Below, in pieces: positions 9,876 to 18,890 of a stretch of DNA of 64,000 nucleotides. How positions within the stretch are numbered: the stretch's first letter is position 1; the number at the start of each line of letters is the position of its first letter. The stretch lies in the IMG/VR virus record IMGVR_UViG_3300032897_000003, positions 1-64,000 of that record; one strand, written 5' to 3'. Source of the stretch: a virus. The notes below the pieces were generated by a model. The model was not told the DNA's origin. It ran no database searches and saw only the letters and a list, made by a program, of their open reading frames with translations. A program made the position numbers and the translations under genes.

Positions 9876-9895
9876 TTTTCTCTTGAAAGGAAACC

Positions 9896-10312
9896 ATGTC
9901 AGCCTTCAGCGATCGTCCGAAGAAGCAGAAGCAGCCCGCGCCGGCCGATGCGGCAGTGCTGCCTACAGTAGAGCAGGTATCTCCGGCCGAGACGGTGACC
10001 GAGCAGGCCACGCCCGCTGCTGACAACGTGCAGGCTTCGGTGGTTTCCGAGGAACAGTTTCTTGCGGAACAGGCTGCGGCGGCAGCGCCGCCCCCCCCTC
10101 CCTTTTGCCCACCGCCGCAGCCTGAACCGCCGGTCAAGTCACCACGTGCGGTCAAGGTGATGGTGCGCGAGACAGGGAGAGTGATGATCGGTAGCAGCCG
10201 TTGCAAGATCGTGGCTGGCACCGTGCTCGACTCCAATCTGTACGACGACAACACCTGGCGAGCGATTCTGGCCCATCTCCACACCGATCCAGTGGAGGAC
10301 GAAGAGAAGTAA
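9896..10312 (+). CDS. Hypothetical head-associated protein
   Basis: RBS AAGGA; Pro/Ala-rich N-terminus plus a small domain. Confidence 0.65.
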   Translation: MSAFSDRPKKQKQPAPADAAVLPTVEQVSPAETVTEQATPAADNVQASVVSEEQFLAEQAAAAAPPPPPFCPPPQPEPPVKSPRAVKVMVRETGRVMIGSSRCKIVAGTVLDSNLYDDNTWRAILAHLHTDPVEDEEK

Positions 10313-10316
10313 GGCG

Positions 10317-10733
10317 ATGCCGCTGAGCGAGGATGAAAAGGTTCGCGTGCGATACCATCTGGGCTACCCGATGTTGTCGGCGAATCCGTCGCTGTCGTTG
10401 GGCGTCCCCATCGACACGCCGCTGATGACGTTGCTGCAGCGGGCGTTCGACATCATCCTGCCGCAGGCCGAGCCGATGATTCGACGGCTGATCGTCATCT
10501 GCGACCAGAAGGATCTTGAAGTGAGCGAGGCCAGCGACCGGCTGTCGGTGGCAAAGGCAGAGGGCGTGGAGATGCGAGTAGACGAGACGGACGCCAGGGA
10601 GCGCGAGTACATGCGCTGGGTGGCGCGGCTATCCGATGCACTGCACGCTCCAATCTATCCGTTTTCCGAGCGTTTTCAGGCGATGCCGTCGAAGCGCGGC
10701 CACACCGGCATGATTCCAGTGAGGGTGTCATGA
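10317..10733 (+). CDS. Head-tail adaptor (neck) protein
   Basis: MPLSEDEKVRVRYHLGYP, helical, position. Confidence 0.6.
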   Translation: MPLSEDEKVRVRYHLGYPMLSANPSLSLGVPIDTPLMTLLQRAFDIILPQAEPMIRRLIVICDQKDLEVSEASDRLSVAKAEGVEMRVDETDAREREYMRWVARLSDALHAPIYPFSERFQAMPSKRGHTGMIPVRVS

Positions 10734-11125
10734 GCATTCCGTCGGTCATCAATCACACGGGCGTCCTGGTGGCAAGGTCGAGCGCTGGCATGCCGTTTGG
10801 CGGAGAGCCATTCGACACGACCATTGCCGCGACGTACGCCGCGCACAAGAGCAGCGAGCTCGACGTCTCGGGCGCCACGGATGAAGCTCCGCTGGTCATT
10901 CCGCTCGAGAACGTGGCCAAGGTGCGAGTGCTAGCCCTGCGCGTGATTGGCAACACGGTCAAGCTGCTCCTCACGAGCGTCTCTGGGACCGATCAGGCCA
11001 TCCCGGCGAGCAGCGGGGGGCTCATCCTGATCCATGCCCCGGGGCTCGACGACCCGTTTACCGCGATCAAGGTGGTAGGCAGCGGCGCCACCGTGAGCTA
11101 CCTCATTGCGGGGGATCTCAGCTGA
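10730..11125 (+). CDS. Hypothetical virion protein
   Basis: Beta-rich; coupled ORF. Confidence 0.6.
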   Translation: MSIPSVINHTGVLVARSSAGMPFGGEPFDTTIAATYAAHKSSELDVSGATDEAPLVIPLENVAKVRVLALRVIGNTVKLLLTSVSGTDQAIPASSGGLILIHAPGLDDPFTAIKVVGSGATVSYLIAGDLS

Positions 11126-11721
11126 TGGAGCAGGACCGGACAAAACCGAGCGACGTTGACGCCGAAGTGCAGGCGGCCGGCGGCGCTCTTCGTCCGGAGC
11201 CACCGAGGAAGAAAAACCTCTGTCTGTCGTTGCTGCCCACGCTGGACAAGGCAAGGCAGCTCGTCGTTGACCTTGGCTTGCGGCCCTATCGGGTGTTCCT
11301 CATCCACTGGCGTTGGCCCAGGCAGAGGGGGATCGGAAAGCCGGTGGAGATCTCGAGACGCGAGATCAGGCCAGCGCCGCGAGTGATGAGCATGGACGGC
11401 ACGCTGCTGTCCGTGGCCGCCTTCGGGAACGTGGAGGGCGGTGGCATCAAGCTCGACCGGATCAGTGGCCGGTTCAGTGAGGACGACCTCATGGGGAGGA
11501 CGCCGGACCTGCGAGATCCGGTCAACCCGAACACCAACGCAAACAACGTGGAGTTTTTCTACGAGGTGGTTGAGAGTCGCGACACCGACCCTTCCCCGAA
11601 GCCGCGCCGATTCGCCCCGAGCGCCGTCCCCCATCTGTCGCGCGCCGGGATGAGTTGGACGGTCACGCTCACCAAGCAGGACAAGACGGCCAGCGGAATT
11701 ACGCCGGAGGTAGTCTCGTGA
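11125..11721 (+). CDS. Putative head closure protein
   Basis: Position in the neck module. Confidence 0.5.
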   Translation: MEQDRTKPSDVDAEVQAAGGALRPEPPRKKNLCLSLLPTLDKARQLVVDLGLRPYRVFLIHWRWPRQRGIGKPVEISRREIRPAPRVMSMDGTLLSVAAFGNVEGGGIKLDRISGRFSEDDLMGRTPDLRDPVNPNTNANNVEFFYEVVESRDTDPSPKPRRFAPSAVPHLSRAGMSWTVTLTKQDKTASGITPEVVS

Positions 11722-12263
11722 TCCGCACGGTCCATGTGAGGGACGTGGCCGGATACGTGCGCCGCCGTGCGAAGGGGAGCCACGCAGCTGCAGTGCGAGC
11801 AATCCGGGTCACGATGCGCGGGCAGGGGCCACGGATCGTGCGCGAGGAGATCAACGCCACGCAGCCGCACCCTCCTTTCGACAGGGGCGAGTACCTGCGG
11901 TCGTGGAGAGAGCTCGACATCGACGACGGCGGGCGATTCTTTTCGACGAGCAGTTACGCGTCGGTCATCGACCGAGGGCGCCGGCCGGGCACGTGGACCC
12001 CGATCGGGCCCCTGATCGGATGGGTGAAGCGCAAGGGCCTTAACCGGTGGGACAACAACCCTGGCATGCGGGGCAGGGTGAAGGGCAAGGCCAACCTGGA
12101 GTCGAACGCGCGCTCGATTGCCTTTGCCATTGCCGCAGCCATTAAGAAGCGCGGTCTCCCCCCCAAGAACGTCTTCGCCCGAGCGGCGAAGCGGATCATT
12201 GCTGCTTGTAAGCAGGCGGTTAACGCGGCCTGGGCCAAGGCCGAAGATAGGGCGGCTGGCTGA
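11718..12263 (+). CDS. Neck/tail completion protein (HK97 gp10-like)
   Basis: PFDRGEYLRSW, YASVIDRGRRPG, WVKRKG. Confidence 0.65.
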   Translation: MIRTVHVRDVAGYVRRRAKGSHAAAVRAIRVTMRGQGPRIVREEINATQPHPPFDRGEYLRSWRELDIDDGGRFFSTSSYASVIDRGRRPGTWTPIGPLIGWVKRKGLNRWDNNPGMRGRVKGKANLESNARSIAFAIAAAIKKRGLPPKNVFARAAKRIIAACKQAVNAAWAKAEDRAAG

Positions 12264-12958
12264 TGCGGGCGGAGCAGTATTCGCAGACGGCGGTCATGGA
12301 CGTGCGCGATGCGTGCGCGCTCGCCCTGCGCCGGGTGCTCGAAGGCATCGACAAGATGATTGGCGGGCAGCAGATCAAGTTCGTCCGGGTGTTCGACGAG
12401 TGGCCTACCTTCGACGATTACCAGGACACGCCGACAGCTTGCGTGGTGCCTCCGTCGGAGTGGACCTACGACGACAGCGGGTGCACACCGAAACTGATGG
12501 AGCAAACCATCGAGACGGCCGAGGATGCAGTCGAAGGCGAGCCGCCAAGCTTCGGTTTGTGGAAGACCGCCGAGATGGTGGACCAGTTCATGGTGCAGCT
12601 GAGAGTGGCCACGCCGGAGCTGCGCTCCATGTTCAAGCTGGCGGTCGAGGACGCATTCCAGGCCTTGAATCTCACGATGAATCCCAATGAACAGCGCTAC
12701 GGCCTGTTGCTCGACCTGCCCGAGTATTGGGGCTTGCAGGCGAGGGCCTCGTTGCTCAGCGGGATGAACATCGATGACGAAGATCAGGCCATGCGCAATC
12801 GCAGGGATGCCCGCTTCGTGGTGTCCATGCAGGCGACCAAAGTTCAGCTTGGCGCTGTCTATCCGCAGGCTCTGACGATCCGCAAGGAAGTACAGACCCA
12901 GGCGGGCGAGACCATCAGCGCCTTGACGATAACCCTTCCAACCCCACAGAGGAGCTAG
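12263..12958 (+). CDS. Putative tail terminator
   Basis: Directly before the sheath gene. Confidence 0.5.
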   Translation: MRAEQYSQTAVMDVRDACALALRRVLEGIDKMIGGQQIKFVRVFDEWPTFDDYQDTPTACVVPPSEWTYDDSGCTPKLMEQTIETAEDAVEGEPPSFGLWKTAEMVDQFMVQLRVATPELRSMFKLAVEDAFQALNLTMNPNEQRYGLLLDLPEYWGLQARASLLSGMNIDDEDQAMRNRRDARFVVSMQATKVQLGAVYPQALTIRKEVQTQAGETISALTITLPTPQRS

Positions 12959-12961
12959 CCC

Positions 12962-14788
12962 ATGTTCATTCTGCGCACAACGACCATGCCGACCCTGGCG
13001 AAGCTGATGGAGCTCGAGCGCATCATCGCGGTCGACAACGCGGGTCCAAACCAGCCGGTAGGTCCAGGACGGGGCTATGCCTGCGTGGTGGGGGAGACGA
13101 CGCAAGGACCGTTCGTCCCGACGATCGTGAACAGCCCGAGCGACATCTCTGGCTACTACACCAGCGCGGTGACCTCGCGGTTTTCTCTGCTCAGCCAGAG
13201 CGGATTCGACCCGTCCACGGCAATTCAGGACGGATCTGGCGTGGCCTACGACGGGAACCTCTTGGCCGAGCTCAAGGGCAAGAGCTTCACCGGATTGGTC
13301 ATCCAGCGTGTCGACTGCGACATGGTGGCGGCCGATTCGAGCAAGACGAAGGTGTTTGTCAAGTTCGACGTCGTCGTGGACTCCTCCGACGTCAGCTCAG
13401 GCGTGACCAACAAGGACATCATCATCCCGAGTGGCCAGCGCTTTGCCGACCAGGCCATCAGCACGGCGACCAAGGTCATCGCCACCAGCCAGCAGGTCAG
13501 GATACCGGCCGGGACCACGGTTACCGGTGGAGCGGTGACCTGCGGGGTGAATTTCACCCAGGACGCGAGCGGCCAGCTGAACTACGTCACCAGCGGAGCC
13601 ACAACCGGCGTGACGGCCTTTTTCGTGAAGGGCACGAAGGCTACCACGGCGGGAAGCGATCTGATCGACACTGCGGTGGACACTGCGATCCAGGGCGTGT
13701 CCTCGGTGGTGGGAGGAACCGTGTCGACCGTTGGGTCGAATGGGTCTGCGGCCGATGCGTACGCGGCAGCGGGTGGCGGTGCAGCTCCGACCAGCGACAC
13801 GCTGGCCAACCGAATTCTCGCCTGCTACGCCGAGGCGATCCTCAAGACCCTCCCGGGCGTCGATGCGACCAACGACATCATCGCGATCTGGTCAGCGCGC
13901 AACTACTTGGCCAGCACCACGGATGGTTTCAAGACGTTACGTGCGGCCCTCTGGACCAATGCCAAGGATTCCAGCAAGACCGGGCGCGGCCGAGTAGCCT
14001 GCGTGACAACGGCGCCGTCCCTCGGCCTGACGAGCTCGGCTGCTACCACGGCCAAGGCCGTCTATACCGGCCTGCGCAGCGCGGACGGCATCACGGGCGA
14101 CGACGCGGATCGGTTCTGGGCATCGGGCCCGTTCGTGCAGGTGTTCAGTAGCGAGCTGAATGCCGACATCACGATCAGCTCGTGCGGTTTCCGCGCGGCG
14201 ATGAAGGTGAACCTCTTCAACGACGGGAAGTCCGAGTACCAGACCGGAGTCGGAAACCCGGAGAATGACAGCATCCAGAACATCGATGCGCAGGAGGCAT
14301 GCTTCGCGGCCAATCCGCTTGGCGAGTCCGACTACGTAGCGATGCGGGCCGCCGGCATCGCATGGCTCGTGCGAGATCGCACGGCTGGGTGGTGGTTCTA
14401 CAGCTCGGTGACGATGGCCAACCAGTTGACCGCGGCCAACCGGGTGCAGGACAACCGCCGCAGCTTCGCCGACGAGATCCAGGACACGATCTTTGGTCTG
14501 GCCGCGCCGTATTCGAAGAAGCCAGGGACAAGCGAGCGAGCCGACGCGTTCACCTCGGACATGACGGCCTACCTCGACCTGATGAAGGATCCGCCCGTGG
14601 GCGACAAACGAGCCAAGGACTACAGCGTGCTTGATGGCTCCGCCGCGGGGAACAACGACACGCTGAACAGCCACGGCGCCTATCTATTCAGCGCGATCGT
14701 GCAGATGTTTGGCGACATGAACGACATCGTCATCAACACGATGATCGGCCCGACGGTCATCATCGCCCAGGTCGCGCCCGCGGCCTAA
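12962..14788 (+). CDS. Contractile tail sheath protein
   Basis: VVGETTQGPFVPT at the N-terminus, NRRSFADEIQD in the C-terminal domain; 608 aa. Confidence 0.85.
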   Translation: MFILRTTTMPTLAKLMELERIIAVDNAGPNQPVGPGRGYACVVGETTQGPFVPTIVNSPSDISGYYTSAVTSRFSLLSQSGFDPSTAIQDGSGVAYDGNLLAELKGKSFTGLVIQRVDCDMVAADSSKTKVFVKFDVVVDSSDVSSGVTNKDIIIPSGQRFADQAISTATKVIATSQQVRIPAGTTVTGGAVTCGVNFTQDASGQLNYVTSGATTGVTAFFVKGTKATTAGSDLIDTAVDTAIQGVSSVVGGTVSTVGSNGSAADAYAAAGGGAAPTSDTLANRILACYAEAILKTLPGVDATNDIIAIWSARNYLASTTDGFKTLRAALWTNAKDSSKTGRGRVACVTTAPSLGLTSSAATTAKAVYTGLRSADGITGDDADRFWASGPFVQVFSSELNADITISSCGFRAAMKVNLFNDGKSEYQTGVGNPENDSIQNIDAQEACFAANPLGESDYVAMRAAGIAWLVRDRTAGWWFYSSVTMANQLTAANRVQDNRRSFADEIQDTIFGLAAPYSKKPGTSERADAFTSDMTAYLDLMKDPPVGDKRAKDYSVLDGSAAGNNDTLNSHGAYLFSAIVQMFGDMNDIVINTMIGPTVIIAQVAPAA

Positions 14789-14800
14789 GAAGGAGATCCC

Positions 14801-15247
14801 ATGCCAGGTGCAGACTATCGTTTTCTCGGCCGAGACTCGGCCATGCGGCTGACCCAAGATGGGGTGCTGTTGGCTGAGACGACGGCGCTCAAGGACATCA
14901 ACATGAAGTTGGTGCAGACGCTGCTGTCCGAGGGTTTCCTTGGCGAGGCGGCGAAGCGGCACCGCGAAATCTTCGATGAAGTCGACATGGCGTGGAACGT
15001 GCAGCCCGAGGGGGCCGAGATCTTCCGCATGCAGAATGCGATCTACACGCGGGCTCGGCAGGTCATCACCAACCTGCAGATCAACCTGTCGCTGCGGATC
15101 CAGTTCCCCAGCGGCACAACCATCAGGCTCACGATTCCAGACCTGAAGTTCGGAACCAACGGCGACCTCAACGTGCCCGGGCGCGAGCAGTTCGGCACGA
15201 TGGCGTGGGCCGCGAAGTCCAATCGCTACATCCCCAATTTCACCTAA
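14801..15247 (+). CDS. Tail tube protein
   Basis: 148 aa, directly after the sheath. Confidence 0.75.
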   Translation: MPGADYRFLGRDSAMRLTQDGVLLAETTALKDINMKLVQTLLSEGFLGEAAKRHREIFDEVDMAWNVQPEGAEIFRMQNAIYTRARQVITNLQINLSLRIQFPSGTTIRLTIPDLKFGTNGDLNVPGREQFGTMAWAAKSNRYIPNFT

Positions 15248-15280
15248 CCCCCACCCATTCACCACGACAAGGAGGCCACC

Positions 15281-15834
15281 ATGTCGAATCTGTCGCACCT
15301 TGAAGGGCAAGCCGCCGCGGTCATCGCGTCGCTGCCTCGCACCACGTACACCATTCCCGAGTCGGCCAGGACGGCGACCGACCCGAAGACCGTCACCATT
15401 CGCCAGCTCACCAGCGGAGAGGAGGAGGCGGCCCTCGTCGCCTCCAATCGGAAGGGCACGAACTTCGAGTACGAGGGAGCGAAGCGCAGCATCTACGCGA
15501 TCGACGACAGGGTGTTGACCGACACCAACAACGAAAGGGAGGAGGCCTACTACGCTCTCTCGAACAAGGTGCGCGACCTCGTGATCCGAGGATTCACGAG
15601 GGTGGCCATGCCGACGAATGGCGAGGCGTCGGATTTTTTAACGAGTGGCAAGACCGAAGGGTAGTTGAGAAACAGCTGCTCGACGGCTTGTACGACACCA
15701 TAGCCTACGCTGCCCGATACGGACACCAGCCCCTCAGCGAGATATTCAGCCGACCAAGGTCACAGCTCAAACGGTTCGAGGATGCCCTCAGTCGGCTGGT
15801 AGAAAAAGAGAACGCCAAGCCACCGACGGAATGA
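15281..15834 (+). CDS. Tail assembly chaperone G (15281-15664) and GT via -1 frameshift (to 15834)
   Basis: In-frame T TTT TTA at 15634-15640; the -1 frame is open to TGA 15834, just before the tape measure gene. Confidence 0.8.
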
Positions 15835-15837
15835 CCG

Positions 15838-17658
15838 ATGTCAGAGCACACGACACAGGTTGAAGGTCTAGACTTCACGGTCAAGGACCACTCGTCGGAG
15901 CCAGCCGAAAGGATGGCCCATGCGTTCGAACGCGTGCATCACGCTGCCGAGCACAGCATGCACACGATGGAGCGCTGGGGCCATCACTCGGCCATGGCCG
16001 GGCTTGGCGCCCTTGGTATCGGCTGGGGCTTCCACGCGATGGGGGACCGGATCAAGGAGGTCAATGAGGAGCTCGAAGAGTCCGCCCAAAAGATCGCCGG
16101 CGTGCAGTACACGTTCGGGGGCTGGCAGAAGGGCACGACCGCACAACAGAAGTGGAACGAATCGCTCGAGCACGGAGAGGAGATCGTCAAAGATCTGGAG
16201 GCATCCGAGCGGAAGCTGAAGATGGGGAGGATGGAGCTGGCCGACGTCTACAAGTCGGCGTACGCAATTGGGCAACGGCACAACCTCAACCAAGAAGAGT
16301 TGATGGAGTTGACCGAGAAGCTCGGCGCTGCTCAGCGGGTGCTCGGGGTGAACGCGGACTTTGCCGGGATGCAGATCACCCGCATGGTGATGAGCGGGAA
16401 GGTGCGAGGGTTCGACGACTTTTCGAAGCAGATGCGGTTCGCTATCGGCGACATGAAGCACTTTGCCGCTCTCAGCGAGGCGAGGAGATTCGAGAAGGTG
16501 AAGACAGCCATGGGCGATCTGCTGCCAGCCGCCATCGGGATGGGGAAGACGCTGCACGGAGCCTTTTTCGACATGCGACAGTCGATCGAAGAGGCCACAC
16601 GCGATCTGTCCAAGCCGGTGTTCGAGGAGGTGACGAAGACGGTAGGGGAGTGGGCCGCCAAGCTGAACGAGGTACGGGAGAACGGGAAGTCGGTATCGGC
16701 GATCTACGGCGACAGGCTGGTGAGCGCGTTCCACTTCCTCAAAGATGCGACGGTGTTCATCGCTGACCACTGGCAGGCTATCGCCGCTGTGCTCGTCAGC
16801 AGCAAGATGGGCGCCTGGATGGAGGCCCTGTCAGGCGCGAAGCACGGTGCCGCTGCCGCAGGTGGAGCAGCGGGGGGGCTCGGCGGAGCCGTCGGCGCCA
16901 TGACCATAAAGGCGGGCGTAGTGAATCTGTCGTCCGGACCAGCGTCGGCTCTATCAGAGATGACCGCGTCCCAGATCCGATCGAAGCTGCAGCCTGGCCT
17001 GGACCACACGATGTCCAAGCTGTTCGGCATGGCCGGCAAAACCATGATGGTGACGGAAGCCCTGGGAGTTTTCTACGTCGGGCTGCAGGGGGTGGCCAAG
17101 GTCATCGACGAGCTGCAGACCAAGAGCATCGCCACGCAAGCGGCAGCACCGAGAACGCTGGACGCCCTCACGTCTGGCGCCAAGGCAATGTCGTCGGCCA
17201 TGCACGAACGGTCGGTCAAAGAGACCTTCAGCCATTTGCAGTCGGCATTCTCGGCCTATGGCCTGAAGCCAGGTCAGATGCTATCTGCGAAGACGATCGC
17301 CGATGAGCTTCGCACGCTCGAGCCCGGCCTGGCTGCAAAGCAGATCGGCATGTACGGGATCCGAGGGGCATCGGCGAAAAGCGTGCAGGGGTCGGGATTC
17401 ATCGACGAAGCCGCAGGACGCATCGCAGGACTGTTGAACAACTTTGCGTCGCAGATGCTGGCCGCCTATCCAGAGCTGGCCAAGTCTGAGTCTCACACGG
17501 CGAAGAAAGCGGACCACATCGTCAACATCGAGCACCAGTACATCACGCCGGAGTTTCGCGATCCGAACCCAGACCGCCTCTTCCACCGGATCGTCAATGA
17601 AGCTGTGCAGATGGCCAACTCGCCGTTGGGCAGCAACGCCAGAAGGGTGCCAGGCTGA
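15838..17658 (+). CDS. Tape measure protein
   Basis: Long, helical, Ala/Gly-rich; follows the chaperones. Confidence 0.8.
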   Translation: MSEHTTQVEGLDFTVKDHSSEPAERMAHAFERVHHAAEHSMHTMERWGHHSAMAGLGALGIGWGFHAMGDRIKEVNEELEESAQKIAGVQYTFGGWQKGTTAQQKWNESLEHGEEIVKDLEASERKLKMGRMELADVYKSAYAIGQRHNLNQEELMELTEKLGAAQRVLGVNADFAGMQITRMVMSGKVRGFDDFSKQMRFAIGDMKHFAALSEARRFEKVKTAMGDLLPAAIGMGKTLHGAFFDMRQSIEEATRDLSKPVFEEVTKTVGEWAAKLNEVRENGKSVSAIYGDRLVSAFHFLKDATVFIADHWQAIAAVLVSSKMGAWMEALSGAKHGAAAAGGAAGGLGGAVGAMTIKAGVVNLSSGPASALSEMTASQIRSKLQPGLDHTMSKLFGMAGKTMMVTEALGVFYVGLQGVAKVIDELQTKSIATQAAAPRTLDALTSGAKAMSSAMHERSVKETFSHLQSAFSAYGLKPGQMLSAKTIADELRTLEPGLAAKQIGMYGIRGASAKSVQGSGFIDEAAGRIAGLLNNFASQMLAAYPELAKSESHTAKKADHIVNIEHQYITPEFRDPNPDRLFHRIVNEAVQMANSPLGSNARRVPG

Positions 17659-18890
17659 TGGCGGACGACGAACAGGGATTGGTCGAAATCATCCCGCTCG
17701 AGGGCGACTATCCAACGATTCGGTTGACCGGGGATGCGCTGCCATTCCGCCCAGTGGAGTACCCGGGCGAGCAGCGGATAGCGACGAAATACTACCCCGG
17801 CAACCCGGTGGCTACGCAGCTGGTGGTTGGGCCGACGAAGCCGCCATCGACCTGGTCAGGGCGATGGATGGACGTCACGCTTGGCGAAGGCGGAGCCCGA
17901 TCGTTGGTCCTGCAGTTCGAGCTGTTGCGAGATCTGGCTATCCCGGTTGAGGTGAGGTGGGGGGGGCGGCAGCTCAGCACAGGCGTGGACCCGGCCATCG
18001 TGCGCCGCGGTCTGATCCGCAGATTCACGCCCAAGTATCACCTCGCCCAGCACGTCGAATGGACGTGCGAGTGGGAGTGGCGTGGCGAGAGCATCCAGAC
18101 GAAGGCCCCGACGTTCTCGACAGCGGTGCGTCCGAGTGATGACTTCTCGGCACTGGCGGACCAACTGCAGGAGACAGGAGATCAGACCTCATCCTGGAAG
18201 GATGTCGTGTTCGGGGCGATGAGCTCGGCTACCGGGTTCATGGGGCTGGTATCCGATGCAATCGACGACATTGGCAACTCGATCATCGATGCCATAAATA
18301 CCGTAGACGCGGCCACCTCGATGCTCGCCACCGCGGCCGAGCTGCCAAGCGAGCTGTCGGACAGGGTGCGAGCAGTCTGCATTCACACGGTCGACGTGTG
18401 CGCGAATAGCCGTGCGGCACTGGCGGACTTCTGCGGGTTGTGGCCCGGTTTGCCAGCCGTATTCGCGCCGGGATGGCAGGACACGGCCAACCAGATCGCC
18501 ACCGCAGCTTTGCAAGCGAAGCTCGCCATGTTCCCGACCGATGATCCGATCGACCGTCTGGATGGACAGACCGGAAGGGATGACCTGATTCAGTCCTGGG
18601 ACCTGCTGGCTGAGCAAGCAGCGGTGGCCGCTGCGACACTTGCCAGCCGGCAGGTCCCGGACGTTATCGCGATCGTGCGACTGCCGGCGGGCTCAGACCT
18701 GCGAGACGCGGCCGTGAAATACTACGGCGACCCCGATCTGTGGGTGCTGATCGCGGACTACAACGATCTCCCGAGCTCGGAGGTCCCTGCAACTCCCGTT
18801 GGCTTGAGCGACGATGGGGCCCCGCCGATCTACATCCCGAGGAAGACCGACTACACCACGGCGTTGACTCAGGTTTGGGGGGACTCGTGA
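17658..18890 (+). CDS. Tail tube initiator / LysM-like baseplate protein
   Basis: C-terminal LRDAAVKYYGDPDLWVLIADYN. Confidence 0.7.
   Translation: MADDEQGLVEIIPLEGDYPTIRLTGDALPFRPVEYPGEQRIATKYYPGNPVATQLVVGPTKPPSTWSGRWMDVTLGEGGARSLVLQFELLRDLAIPVEVRWGGRQLSTGVDPAIVRRGLIRRFTPKYHLAQHVEWTCEWEWRGESIQTKAPTFSTAVRPSDDFSALADQLQETGDQTSSWKDVVFGAMSSATGFMGLVSDAIDDIGNSIIDAINTVDAATSMLATAAELPSELSDRVRAVCIHTVDVCANSRAALADFCGLWPGLPAVFAPGWQDTANQIATAALQAKLAMFPTDDPIDRLDGQTGRDDLIQSWDLLAEQAAVAAATLASRQVPDVIAIVRLPAGSDLRDAAVKYYGDPDLWVLIADYNDLPSSEVPATPVGLSDDGAPPIYIPRKTDYTTALTQVWGDS

Noticed and set aside
9377-9886. 169-aa ORF after the capsid gene
   Set aside because: Atypical codon usage and composition; dense base-pairing explains the region better
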